Source: Kiritimatiellia bacterium
GTDB taxonomy: Bacteria > Verrucomicrobiota > Kiritimatiellia > RFP12 > UBA1067
Assembly: GCA_045636065.1 (NCBI GenBank)
Contig: JAZTWW010000049.1
Coordinates: 5,168 to 69,167 of the forward strand
DNA length: 64,000 nucleotides
Direction of reading: 5' to 3'
A program made the position numbers and the translations under genes. Position 1 is the stretch's first letter, and each line of letters begins with the position of its first letter. A model generated the notes under the pieces. That model saw only the letters and a list, made by a program, of their open reading frames with translations, did not search any database and was not told the DNA's origin. Positions 45,453 to 54,471 of the stretch are shown in pieces.

Positions 45453-45940
45453 CAGTCGGCCTCCCCCGCACGGCGGCGCCAGAAGTTGGGCACGGCTACG
45501 CCGGTCGTTTTGGTTGCGTTGAGCATGGCGTTGTCGGCGACATCCATCGTCCCCTGGCGCACCGTCACCATGTAGGGCTTGCCCCATGGATCGACGATGT
45601 GCTCGCCCTTGAACGTGGCGTTGTAGAGGACGGGGATCTTGTTTCCGCTTGCATCCGTCTCGCCGCCTCCGGTGATGAAGCCGAGGTTCGATCTGGTGGC
45701 GTCCTGCCAGCTCTCCATCACATGGCCCGAGAGGTCGTGCGTGGACGCGTAGTTCTCGTACATCAGTATCGCGTGCGTCATTTCGCGCGCGGCGACCGTG
45801 GCCGCCGTGACCTTCGCCCTTTCGCGGGCTCCGGAGACGCTTGAGGTGATGGCCCCTGCGAGAATCATGATCATCCCGAGAACGACCATAAGCTCAATGA
45901 GGGTGAATCCCCTCTTCCCGATAAGGTCTTTTCTCGTCAT
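45452..45940 (-). CDS. Prepilin-type N-terminal cleavage/methylation domain protein, GspG-like major pseudopilin
   Basis: Start MTRKDLIGKRGFTLIELMVVLGMIMILAG. G-FTLIEL prepilin peptidase site with Glu+5. C-terminal DPWGKPY matches the GspG DPWG.PY motif. Confidence 0.75.
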   Translation of the reverse strand: MTRKDLIGKRGFTLIELMVVLGMIMILAGAITSSVSGARERAKVTAATVAAREMTHAILMYENYASTHDLSGHVMESWQDATRSNLGFITGGGETDASGNKIPVLYNATFKGEHIVDPWGKPYMVTVRQGTMDVADNAMLNATKTTGVAVPNFWRRRAGEAD

Positions 45941-46422
45941 TGCTTCTTCTCCGGGAGTGTTGTTATGTCGTCGCTCGTGTCCCAGAGGCCGTCCGGGCCG
46001 GCTGATTTGACGCCAACCTTGTATGTGGACGCGCCGCCGCCGGACGACGCCGAGCCGGTGACGGAGACGTTGGCCGCGGCAGGGTGCGTCCAGACGTTCG
46101 CCGGAAGCGTTATCGGCTTCTCGTCCGAAAGGTTGCCGACGGATCTCTTCCTCAAAGTCGAGGAGGTGGGGCTCCACGCGCCTGTCACGTAGTAGCCGGT
46201 GGCCGTCTCCTGCCCGTCGCGCTTGAGCCTGGGCAGGGCGTTCTCGGCCTGGTGCTGGAGCTTGGACATCCCGATGCGCCTCGAATCGAGGTCTGCAACG
46301 GAAGCCTTGCCCGTGCGCCATGCCATGGAGCTTGAGTTGAAGACCATCGTGAGAATCGTGATGAGGATTCCCATCAGGAGGCTCGCGACGAGCATCTCTA
46401 TAAGAGTGAAACCCTTCTTCAT
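45937..46422 (-). CDS. Prepilin-type N-terminal cleavage/methylation domain protein (pseudopilin)
   Basis: Start MKKGFTLIEMLVASLLMGILITIL (ATG complement 46420-46422). ATGA overlap with the downstream gene. Confidence 0.75.
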   Translation of the reverse strand: MKKGFTLIEMLVASLLMGILITILTMVFNSSSMAWRTGKASVADLDSRRIGMSKLQHQAENALPRLKRDGQETATGYYVTGAWSPTSSTLRKRSVGNLSDEKPITLPANVWTHPAAANVSVTGSASSGGGASTYKVGVKSAGPDGLWDTSDDITTLPEKKQ

Positions 46423-47024
46423 TTCGCAGGATCCCCCTGGAAGCGGACTTCCGTATAGTATACCGGCGCAGCCAGAAGCTGCCCTGGACGATTGACTACG
46501 CGCATGCAAAGAAGTATGCGCTGGAGATCAGGCTCCTTCGCGTGGGTCGAGGGGTTGTATCTCGTACCGTAGCTCGCAACGAGCGCGTACCTGAGGCCGT
46601 CCTTCTCTCCTGGTGCCGAGAAGGAGTCGTACTCGCTTGAGCCGGATGTGCATTTCGAATACAGATCCTGAGCCACGTCGCTCGCGAGGTTGGTCATGTT
46701 GCGCTTGGGGCGCTCGAAGCGGTCCGGAAGGTCGAAATACGCGCGCCATCCGCCTGCCGGATTGGAATAGGCGTCGCTTGCGGACGTGGAGCAGAGCTCC
46801 TTCCATACGCTCCAGGCGACGTTCGTCGAGGAGAGGGCCGCCGCCACCGGATTGAGGACGCTGTCGGCGAGCGCGGCGCCGGCCACGTCCTCGATCGACT
46901 GCTCGTTCTCGCGGAATCCGAGCGGATAGAGCGCCACCATCGTGAGGATGCCTCCCGCCATGATGAACACGGCGAGGTTCACCTCCATCAGCGTAAATGC
47001 GCTTTTCAAACGTGAAAATGACAT
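46419..47024 (-). CDS. Pseudopilin-like protein with atypical leader
   Basis: MSFSRLKSAFTLMEVNLAVFIMAGGILTMVALY. Pilin-like hydrophobic helix with Glu, but Ser rather than Gly at -1. ATGA overlap with the downstream gene. Confidence 0.55.
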   Translation of the reverse strand: MSFSRLKSAFTLMEVNLAVFIMAGGILTMVALYPLGFRENEQSIEDVAGAALADSVLNPVAAALSSTNVAWSVWKELCSTSASDAYSNPAGGWRAYFDLPDRFERPKRNMTNLASDVAQDLYSKCTSGSSEYDSFSAPGEKDGLRYALVASYGTRYNPSTHAKEPDLQRILLCMRVVNRPGQLLAAPVYYTEVRFQGDPAK

Positions 47025-47036
47025 TTCTTGGCCTCG

Positions 47037-47810
47037 CTAGTTGCTGTTGTTTTCGCTGTCGGCTTCGCTCGTCCTGCCGACCGTGCGGACCTGCCCGCCG
47101 GATGTGAGCGCCGAGATCGTCCTTGCCTGAGGCGTTGAATCGTCTCCGGGAAGGAAAAAGAGGTCTGACTCGCCCTTTACCTCCTTGCCAGGCTCCGTGG
47201 GGGCGCTTGAGCCGAAGAAGTAGCCGTTCGGGAGCGTGGTGGTGGCGATCTCGAAGGCGTATGCGTCGCCCGTCTTCCAGCTTGCGCCGCCTTTGTCGAT
47301 AAAGCCGAACTGCTCATCCTCGACAGTTGCGCCAAGCCCGATCATCTCCTCGGTGACGCCTGTGGGGACCTCCTCGACGTATGTGCTCACCTTCCCCGGG
47401 GTGACGCCGTTCGAGTCGAACTTGTAGAGGCGCATCGTCGATGTCGAGCCGGAGACGGCGTTCGTGGGGTAGCTCCGCCCGAGATCCGCAAACTCGTCGA
47501 AGAGATGCCCGTCGGAGACGCGGGAGAATCTCCCGGCCATCCTGATCGCGACGGCCCTCGCCTGGATCACGTCGGCGGAATCGTCGCCTCCATTGCGGAG
47601 CTTCATGTTGTAGAATATGACGGCCGTGGGCATGTGGTCCGCCGTGGCGCGCTGCTGCGCAACGCGTATGAGGCTTCTCACGTCCGTCAAGGCGCCCCTG
47701 TCGGCCATGCCCCTTGAGGCGGCGAAGTAGCCCGAGACGGCAACCGTGGAGAGCATCCCCATGATGCCCACGGTGACGAGAAGCTCTACGAGTGTGAAGC
47801 CCTTTTTCAT
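47037..47810 (-). CDS. Prepilin-type N-terminal cleavage/methylation domain protein (pseudopilin, 257 aa)
   Basis: Start MKKGFTLVELLVTVGIMGMLSTVAV (ATG complement 47808-47810). Confidence 0.75.
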   Translation of the reverse strand: MKKGFTLVELLVTVGIMGMLSTVAVSGYFAASRGMADRGALTDVRSLIRVAQQRATADHMPTAVIFYNMKLRNGGDDSADVIQARAVAIRMAGRFSRVSDGHLFDEFADLGRSYPTNAVSGSTSTMRLYKFDSNGVTPGKVSTYVEEVPTGVTEEMIGLGATVEDEQFGFIDKGGASWKTGDAYAFEIATTTLPNGYFFGSSAPTEPGKEVKGESDLFFLPGDDSTPQARTISALTSGGQVRTVGRTSEADSENNSN

Positions 47811-48391
47811 TTCTTGACGCTCACCTTGTCGGTATCGTAGTTGTAGACGATCGTGAAGCGGCGGAACCGCCCCTCCTCCTTGCCGGCGTAGCCAAAGCAC
47901 ATCTCATCGATCCCCATGGGCTGGTTGTGGTCGCCGCCCCTGTAGGCCGTGTCGAAGTCCATGCCGTAGGAGCAGTTCCTGTTCCCGCAGTAGTCGGACT
48001 TGGACTTGTCGGTGTGGTTGTCGTTGCAGGCCTTGGCGCCCTTGCGCGCGACGACGAGCACGGAGGGCTCCACGAGCTGGCTGCCGCCCGAGTCCTCTAC
48101 GCTCATCTTTACGATCTCGCGGAAGACGGGATCGGCCTCCTCGCCGGTAAGCTCCATCGTGGAGCCGGAGGAGGTGTTGGAGTCGGCTGCGGATTCGATC
48201 GCCGCCGGCCACTTGCCCTTCTGCGTGTGGTACATCTGGATCGCGTTCTCGAGGGCGACGCGGATCGCCTCGCCCTTCGTTTCGCGGGCGGACTTGATGG
48301 CACCGCTTGCCGCAAAGGTGACGATCGTCATGAGGATTGAAAGAATGCCCACCACAATCATCAATTCGACTATCGTAAATCCCTTTTTCAT
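47807..48391 (-). CDS. Prepilin-type N-terminal cleavage/methylation domain protein (pseudopilin, 194 aa)
   Basis: Start MKKGFTIVELMIVVGILSILMTIV (ATG complement 48389-48391). ATGA overlap with the downstream gene. Confidence 0.75.
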   Translation of the reverse strand: MKKGFTIVELMIVVGILSILMTIVTFAASGAIKSARETKGEAIRVALENAIQMYHTQKGKWPAAIESAADSNTSSGSTMELTGEEADPVFREIVKMSVEDSGGSQLVEPSVLVVARKGAKACNDNHTDKSKSDYCGNRNCSYGMDFDTAYRGGDHNQPMGIDEMCFGYAGKEEGRFRRFTIVYNYDTDKVSVKK

Positions 48392-48468
48392 CTTCTTCTC
48401 CCTCTTAAGAATGCTTTCCAGGGTATCCACCCCGCCGCGCCTGCCTGTTCACTACAACCTGAAACCTG

Positions 48469-49101
48469 TTACTTGACAACCTGTCCTGCCTGCCAGCTGT
48501 AGACGTCGTCGCACCTGCCGACCTCCGTCCACGGCTGCACGACGCCGTCCTTGCCGCAGCTCCATACGCACACCTTAGCGCGCACCTTCACGCTGCCGAT
48601 CCCTTCGGCGTTGATCTCCACGATACCGTCGTCGTCATCGTCGATCGCGTACCAGAGGATGTGGTCCTTGACTGTGCCGCCAGCGGGATCCGCCTTCATG
48701 GAAGAATCGGAGGAGCCGCTTTTCGTGCTGCGCTTTTTAAGGGCGTTCTCTCCCCAGTGGTCGACTATGCCGCAGCGGTCGCTGCCCGTCAAGGTGATGG
48801 TGCCGTTCTCATAGTCGTTCTTGTCGTAGGCTAGCGACATGAGGTTGTGCTTTACGAAAGGCCTGCAGGCCTTCTCGTCGAGCTGGCCGTTGTTGTTCTC
48901 CTGGAGGGACTTGGGCCACATGCCGCCGGCCTTCTGGAGGACGATGTTGAGCGCCGTCGCCGTTTCGCTCACGAGGTTCTGCACCTTCGCCGTCTCGGCC
49001 GAATCCTTCGCCCCTCCCATGCTTACCGCAAAGACGCCCATAAGGACGGCGAGAATGCCGATTACGACCATAAGTTCAATGAGCGTGAAACCTTTTTTCA
49101 T
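48469..49101 (-). CDS. Prepilin-type N-terminal cleavage/methylation domain protein (pseudopilin, 210 aa)
   Basis: MKKGFTLIELMVVIGILAVLMGVFAV. C-terminal Cys pairs (CVWSCGKDG...GRCDD). Confidence 0.8.
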   Translation of the reverse strand: MKKGFTLIELMVVIGILAVLMGVFAVSMGGAKDSAETAKVQNLVSETATALNIVLQKAGGMWPKSLQENNNGQLDEKACRPFVKHNLMSLAYDKNDYENGTITLTGSDRCGIVDHWGENALKKRSTKSGSSDSSMKADPAGGTVKDHILWYAIDDDDDGIVEINAEGIGSVKVRAKVCVWSCGKDGVVQPWTEVGRCDDVYSWQAGQVVK

Positions 49102-49118
49102 TTCATTCCCCTTTCAAA

Positions 49119-50243
49119 TCAGTTCGAGAGATGCTTTACGTCGTCCGCAATCCACTTGAGGGCGACCTCCTTTTCGGACGGAGTGAGAGTATCCAGGTCG
49201 ATCCACGGAGGGAACGTCTTTCCGTCGGGGCCGGAGCTCCAGATTATGTAGCTCTGGTACGGCGGCGGAGAGTAGTAGTAGAAGTCGTTGCCCCATCCGT
49301 CGTGTACCGTCACCACCTTGAGGACGTACGGATTCGCGTGCCCGCCCGAGGAGTACACGTCAGGATACGGCTGGGGATAGAGCGACGCCTCGCCGCTTGA
49401 GGTGTTGACGCCGTAGAACTTGCCGCCGCCGCATACGATCCCCTCCAGGTTCGGCATCCACCTTGCGGTGACGCGCTGGCTGGGCTGGTTCGATATGACG
49501 TAGGACTGCGATCCCTTGCCGCTGTCGCCCCAGAGCTGCATGACCTCGCTCCACGAGTAGTCGTCGCCGTTGTCGAGGCTCTTGAGCTTGCGGTTGTTGG
49601 CCGTCCACTGCGCGAAGCCGCCCTCGTAGAAGTCCTGGTCCGCGTTCATCATGAAGAGATAGCGCGGCAGAAGGAACGACATGAGCCCGAACTGGAACAT
49701 CTGGACCTTGCGCCAGTCCGACTCGCCCTTGAGCGCGCCGAACTGCCCGGCGTTCTCGCATCCGTCGAAGTTGTAGATCGTGGGATCCGCATCGAGGGCC
49801 TTGCTGTAGTCTTCGTACTTGTCGCTTCCGCTCTGGGCGCGCTTCTTGCACGTTTCCGCAACCGCCTTCACGAACGAGGATTCGCTCTGAGGATACGGGA
49901 ACTGCGCCGCCAGGGGCTGCGCACGGCAGGCGAGCCTTACGCGCCTCCAGCAATCGGAGTTGTCGGTTATGGGCGAGTTGTCGATGTCGTCAAGGCTCTG
50001 CACGCCGAACGTCTCGGGCTTGAGCGAAATGTCCTGCACGCCGTGGAGCGGCACGGGAGGATAGCTCCCGTACGCCGCGTAGTAGCCCGAAAGGGCGTTC
50101 TCGATCTTCTGCATCCTGAGAACGGTCTTGTTCTTCTTCGTCGCGTCGTCGCCGACGCCGGCGAGGCGGAAGGTCATCGACATCAACGTGACGATGACCG
50201 CAACCGTTATCAGAAGCTCAAGGAGTGTAAATCCCTTTTTCAC
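49119..50243 (-). CDS. Prepilin-type N-terminal cleavage/methylation domain protein (large pseudopilin, 374 aa)
   Basis: MKKGFTLLELLITVAVIVTLMSMTF. C-terminal WSSGPDGK resembles the GspG-family S.GPDG motif. Confidence 0.8.
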   Translation of the reverse strand: MKKGFTLLELLITVAVIVTLMSMTFRLAGVGDDATKKNKTVLRMQKIENALSGYYAAYGSYPPVPLHGVQDISLKPETFGVQSLDDIDNSPITDNSDCWRRVRLACRAQPLAAQFPYPQSESSFVKAVAETCKKRAQSGSDKYEDYSKALDADPTIYNFDGCENAGQFGALKGESDWRKVQMFQFGLMSFLLPRYLFMMNADQDFYEGGFAQWTANNRKLKSLDNGDDYSWSEVMQLWGDSGKGSQSYVISNQPSQRVTARWMPNLEGIVCGGGKFYGVNTSSGEASLYPQPYPDVYSSGGHANPYVLKVVTVHDGWGNDFYYYSPPPYQSYIIWSSGPDGKTFPPWIDLDTLTPSEKEVALKWIADDVKHLSN

Positions 50244-50272
50244 CTTGTCGTCTCCTCAAATGCACGCCCTCA

Positions 50273-51580
50273 TCAGCCGCCCGCTCCGGAGACGTTGCTG
50301 ATGATCTTGACCATAGGCATGAACATGGCGATGACGATCGTGCCGACGACTGCGGCGAGGAAGATGATGAGCGCAGGCTCGATGGCGGCGGTAAGGCCGC
50401 TCACGGCGTTGTCGACCTCGTCGTCGTACGTGTTGGCGACGCGGGTGAGCATGTCCGCCAGCGCGCCCGTCTCCTCACCGACCTGCACCATCGAAACGAC
50501 CATGGGCGGGAAGACGCCGCACGCGGCGAGGGGATCGGTCATCGACTCGCCTTCCTTGACGGCGTCGTGGACGCTCTGGATGGCGTTGCGGATGACGAGG
50601 TTTCCGGTCGTGTCGCGCACGATGGAGAGAGCCTGGAGGATCGGAACGCCCGATCCGAGAAGCGTACCCAGAGTGCGCGTCACCTGCGAGACGGCAGAGC
50701 GCTGCACGAGCGTACCCGTAACGGGCATCTTAAGGCGCATATGGTCCAGCATCAGCGCGCCCTTCTTCGTCTTTCCTATCATCTTGTAGAGGACCACGAA
50801 GGCGACGAAGCCGATCGCGATCTGCCCGCCGTTGTGCTGGACGAATTCGGATGCGTCCATGACGAACTGCGTCACAGGCGGCAGCTCCTCTCCGCCGAGG
50901 ATGTCGTTGAACACCTGCTGGAACTTCGGGATGACCGTCACGAGCAGGAAGGCCGTGATGCCGACCGCGGCCGTCAGAACGACCATCGGGTAGATCATCG
51001 CGCCCTTGACCTTGTTCTTGATCTTCTCGGCCTTTTCGGCGAACTCGGCAAGCCTTGCGAGAACGACTTCGAGAACGCCGCCCGCCTCGCCGGCCTTGAC
51101 CATGTTCACGTAGAGGTTGTTGAAGATCTTGGGATAGCCTGTCAGGGCCTCGGAGAACGTGCCGCCTCCCGAGATCGACTCGCTTATGCCCTCAAGGCAG
51201 TCCTGCAGGGCCGGCACGCGGTTCTGCTTCTTGACGACCTCGATGCATCGCATGAGAGGAAGGCCTGCGTTGACGAGCGTCGCAAGCTGGCGCGTGAAGG
51301 CCGTAAGGTCCTTCGTCTTCACCTTGCCGCGCATGAAGCTCGGAAGCTTGATGTTGAAGTTGAGGCCGCCCTTCTTCTTGCCGCCGCCAGCCGGGGCGGG
51401 TGCGCCGCCCTTCTTCTTCGCGGGGGCAGGCTGCGATGAGCCTTTGACCTCACCTATGGCCGTGGGCATCAACCCGCCGGCGCGGATTGCGGCTATCGCC
51501 TGGGAGCGGTCCGCCGCATCGATCGTTCCGCGCTGCTCCTGACCGGCGCTGTCGCGCGCGATGTACTGAAATTTAGCCAT
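50273..51580 (-). CDS. gspF: Type II secretion / type IV pilus platform protein F (GspF/PilC family)
   Basis: Start MAKFQYIARDSAGQEQRGTIDA. Two T2SSF domains (LATLVNAGLPLMRCIEVV...; TRTLGTLLGSGVPILQALSIV...), three TM helices. Low-complexity KKKGGAPAPAGGGKKKGG insert. Confidence 0.9.
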   Translation of the reverse strand: MAKFQYIARDSAGQEQRGTIDAADRSQAIAAIRAGGLMPTAIGEVKGSSQPAPAKKKGGAPAPAGGGKKKGGLNFNIKLPSFMRGKVKTKDLTAFTRQLATLVNAGLPLMRCIEVVKKQNRVPALQDCLEGISESISGGGTFSEALTGYPKIFNNLYVNMVKAGEAGGVLEVVLARLAEFAEKAEKIKNKVKGAMIYPMVVLTAAVGITAFLLVTVIPKFQQVFNDILGGEELPPVTQFVMDASEFVQHNGGQIAIGFVAFVVLYKMIGKTKKGALMLDHMRLKMPVTGTLVQRSAVSQVTRTLGTLLGSGVPILQALSIVRDTTGNLVIRNAIQSVHDAVKEGESMTDPLAACGVFPPMVVSMVQVGEETGALADMLTRVANTYDDEVDNAVSGLTAAIEPALIIFLAAVVGTIVIAMFMPMVKIISNVSGAGG

Positions 51581-51646
51581 TATGCTCGCCTCGTCTTGTG
51601 GCCGCACACCCTCTAATGGACGCTCGGCCGGATTCTGATGTTCAAA

Positions 51647-51652
51647 TTATAC
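51647..51652 (-). promoter_or_regulatory. Candidate -10 (TATAAT on minus strand) upstream of gspF
   Basis: Minus strand reads ggTATAATttgaac, about 67 nt upstream of the gspF ATG. Weak, motif-only evidence. Confidence 0.25.
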
Positions 51653-51671
51653 CGCAAACCGACCCGCCTTG

Positions 51672-52847
51672 TCAATACGCAAGGACTTTCGCCAGCGCGG
51701 CGACGGATGCGCGCGTCTCGGCGGAAAGCGCTCCCTTGAGCGTCACGACAGGCTCCGCGAAGGTGATCTCCTTGGACTTCTCGAACATCCCCTTGATGAT
51801 TCTCGCCGCCTGCGGCGCCCACGATCCGTTCTCCACTATCGCGACGGTGCGCTTCTGGTAGAGGCGCTCGACGAGCGCGAGGACGAACTCCTCCATCTTC
51901 GGGAAGACGCCCGCGTTGTACGTGGTGGTGGCGAGAACGAGCTTCCCGTAGCGGAACGCATCCTCAACCGCCTCGTGGAAATCCTCGCGCGCGAGATCGG
52001 CCATCGACACCTTCGGGCAGCCCGCCTTGACGAGCTCGTCCTTCAAAAGCTCCGCGGCCTCCTTCGTGTGGCCGTAGACGCTCGTGTAGGCGATGAAGAC
52101 GCCTTCCGTCTCGACTCCGTACGACGACCACACGCCGTACTTCGCGAGCGCGTTTGCGAGGTCCCCGCCTTTGAGGACGTATCCGTGCAGAGGGCAGACA
52201 GTCTCGATTGCGAGCGCCGCGGCCTTCTTGAGAACGGCCTGCACCTGCATGCCGTACTTGCCGACGATGCCAAAGTAGTACCTGCGCGCCTCGCAGTCCC
52301 ATCCCTCGTCGTCCTCGACGTCGTTAGCGCCGAACTTGCCGAACCCGTCGGCGGAGAAGAGCGTGCGGCTCTTGGCGTCGTAGGTCATCACCACCTCGGG
52401 CCAGTGCACCATCGGGGCGGCGATGAACGAGAGGACGCGCCCTGCTCCAAGGTCGAGCGTCTTCCCTTCGCCAACGACAACGCGCCTCCCGGCGAAATCG
52501 GTGCCGAAGAACTGCGCCATCATCTTGAACGCCTGGACGCTCGAGACGATCTGCGCGTTGGGGTACGCCTGGGCGAACGCGGCGATGCCAGAGGAGTGGT
52601 CGGGCTCCATGTGCTGGACGATAAGGTAGTCCGGCTCGACGGACGCGGCCTTGATGTTATCGAGCCACACATCGGCGAAGCGGCCGTCCACCGCGTCCAT
52701 CACCGCAGTCTTCTCGCCCCTTATAAGGTAGCTGTTGTACGCCATACCGTTGGGAACGGCGAACTGCCCTTCAAAGAGATCGATCTTGTGATCGTTGACT
52801 CCGACGTACTCGATGCCCTCTGCAACCGTCATGTCGTAGAAATTCAT
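51672..52847 (-). CDS. fprA: Flavodiiron protein (FprA family A-type flavoprotein; O2/NO reductase)
   Basis: 391 aa. Metallo-beta-lactamase-like diiron site H.EPDH (VQHMEPDHSSG). C-terminal flavodoxin-like domain (LVLATTTYNAG). Confidence 0.85.
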   Translation of the reverse strand: MNFYDMTVAEGIEYVGVNDHKIDLFEGQFAVPNGMAYNSYLIRGEKTAVMDAVDGRFADVWLDNIKAASVEPDYLIVQHMEPDHSSGIAAFAQAYPNAQIVSSVQAFKMMAQFFGTDFAGRRVVVGEGKTLDLGAGRVLSFIAAPMVHWPEVVMTYDAKSRTLFSADGFGKFGANDVEDDEGWDCEARRYYFGIVGKYGMQVQAVLKKAAALAIETVCPLHGYVLKGGDLANALAKYGVWSSYGVETEGVFIAYTSVYGHTKEAAELLKDELVKAGCPKVSMADLAREDFHEAVEDAFRYGKLVLATTTYNAGVFPKMEEFVLALVERLYQKRTVAIVENGSWAPQAARIIKGMFEKSKEITFAEPVVTLKGALSAETRASVAALAKVLAY

Positions 52848-52848
52848 C

Positions 52849-54459
52849 TCAAAACTCCAGTTCTCTTTCCATCTTTGCGATAAATGCGTCGATCGTCATG
52901 CGCTCCTGCTGCATGGAATCGCGCTCGCGCACAGTAAAGGTGCCGTCCTTCACGCCCTCGGGATCGACCGTGATGCACCACGGCGTTCCGATCTCGTCCT
53001 GGCGGCGGTAGCGCCTGCCGATCTGGCCGCTTTCGTCCCAGAAGACGTTCACCTTCTTCCTCAGCTTGAGGAATATGTCGCGCGCCATCTTCATCGACGT
53101 CTCGTCCTTCTTGACGAGCGGGAATACGGCCACCTTGACGGGGGCCACCTTCGGATGGAACCGGAGGACCGTGCGGACGTCCTCCTTGCCCTTGGCGTCC
53201 ACAAGCTTCTCCTCCTCGTAGGCCTCGCAGAGAAGAGCGAGCATGAGCCTGTCGACACCGGCGGAGGGCTCTATCACATGGGGGATGTAGCGGCCGTTGA
53301 AAAGATCCTCGCAGAAGCTCTTCGCCTCGGCCTCGACCTGCTCCTTCGCCTCGTGCGTCTGGGGCTTCTTGCGCGCCACCCATTCGGCCTGCGTCTTCGC
53401 GATGAACGCCGCGCGCGCCGCATCGTCCATCCCCTTCGCCGCCTGCTTGAGCGGATCGTCGAAGACGCTCTGCGGTTCGCCGGAGTGGATCTGGTGCTGC
53501 CTCAGGTCGAAGTCGCTTCTGGCGGCGATGCCCTCAAGCTCCTGCCTGCCGAACGGGAAGTCGTACTCGATGTCGACGCAGGCCCTGGCGTAGTGCGCGA
53601 GCTCGTCGGGCTTCTGCCAGTATTCGACGAAACGCTCGGGCGGAAGGCCGACGGCCGTAAGGAAGCGCTTGCGCTGCTCGACCCAGTACTTGTGCCAAAC
53701 CTCCCAGCCCCAGTCGTCCTGCGGCTCGCCGGCGAGGTCGGGGTTGTCCGCAAGCGTGACGACATGGCCGTGGAGGATCTCGACGGCCTCGTCGGGGCGG
53801 ATGAAGAACTCTAGCTCCATCTGCTCGAACTCGCGGCTCCTGAAGGTGTAGTTCCTCGGAGTCACCTCGTTGCGGAAGCTCTTGCCCATCTGCGCTATGC
53901 CGAAGGGAACCTGGAAGCGGCTCGTGGAGACGACGTTCGTGAACTGCGCGAAGATGGCCTGCGCCGTCTCGGGGCGGAGGTACGCGACGTTCGAGGGGTC
54001 GTCGATCGGGCCGACGACCGTCTTGAACATGAGATTGAAGGGCTTGGGCTCGGTCATCTCGCCGCCGCAGTACGGGCAGGAGAGCGTCCCTTCCGGGTTG
54101 TGCGGCTTGGGCTTATGCTTCTGCTCGGCGAGGATGTCGCCGATCTGGTCGGCGCGCATGAGCTTCTTGCACTCCTTGCACATCGTCATCGGATCCGAGA
54201 ACGTGTCGAGGTGGCCCGACGCCTTCCAGATCTTCGGGTGCATTATGATCGTCGCATCGAGGCCGGCAACGTCCTCGCGGCCCCTCACGGTGAACTGCCA
54301 CCAGGCGTCCTTCACGTTGCGCTTGAGTTCGCATCCAAGCGGGCCGTAGTCCCAGAAGCCCGGCATTCCGCCGTATATCTCCGAAGAGTGGTAGATGAAT
54401 CCGCGCCGCTTGCAGAGCGATGCCAGCGGGTCGAGAGTGGATTTGTTCTCCTCTGCCAT
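52849..54459 (-). CDS. glyQS: Glycine--tRNA ligase (dimeric alpha2 type)
   Basis: 536 aa class-II aaRS. RRGFIYHSSEIYGGMPGFWDYGPLG..LK.N...W. Zn-binding CPYCGG. Anticodon-binding C-terminal domain. Confidence 0.95.
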   Translation of the reverse strand: MAEENKSTLDPLASLCKRRGFIYHSSEIYGGMPGFWDYGPLGCELKRNVKDAWWQFTVRGREDVAGLDATIIMHPKIWKASGHLDTFSDPMTMCKECKKLMRADQIGDILAEQKHKPKPHNPEGTLSCPYCGGEMTEPKPFNLMFKTVVGPIDDPSNVAYLRPETAQAIFAQFTNVVSTSRFQVPFGIAQMGKSFRNEVTPRNYTFRSREFEQMELEFFIRPDEAVEILHGHVVTLADNPDLAGEPQDDWGWEVWHKYWVEQRKRFLTAVGLPPERFVEYWQKPDELAHYARACVDIEYDFPFGRQELEGIAARSDFDLRQHQIHSGEPQSVFDDPLKQAAKGMDDAARAAFIAKTQAEWVARKKPQTHEAKEQVEAEAKSFCEDLFNGRYIPHVIEPSAGVDRLMLALLCEAYEEEKLVDAKGKEDVRTVLRFHPKVAPVKVAVFPLVKKDETSMKMARDIFLKLRKKVNVFWDESGQIGRRYRRQDEIGTPWCITVDPEGVKDGTFTVRERDSMQQERMTIDAFIAKMERELEF

Positions 54460-54471
54460 TTTGTCCCTGTC

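Noticed and set aside
42256-45587. ORF-track N-terminal extensions of minus-strand genes. Examples: GspK-like to 45587, GspG-like to 46321, 46509, 47900, 48430, 39839, 41333, 9768, 14821, 7307
   Set aside because: These extensions run through the upstream co-directional gene, often from TTG or GTG pseudo-starts. They encode Arg-rich junk. Internal ATG or GTG starts with signal peptides, prepilin leaders, family N-termini and RBSs were used instead.
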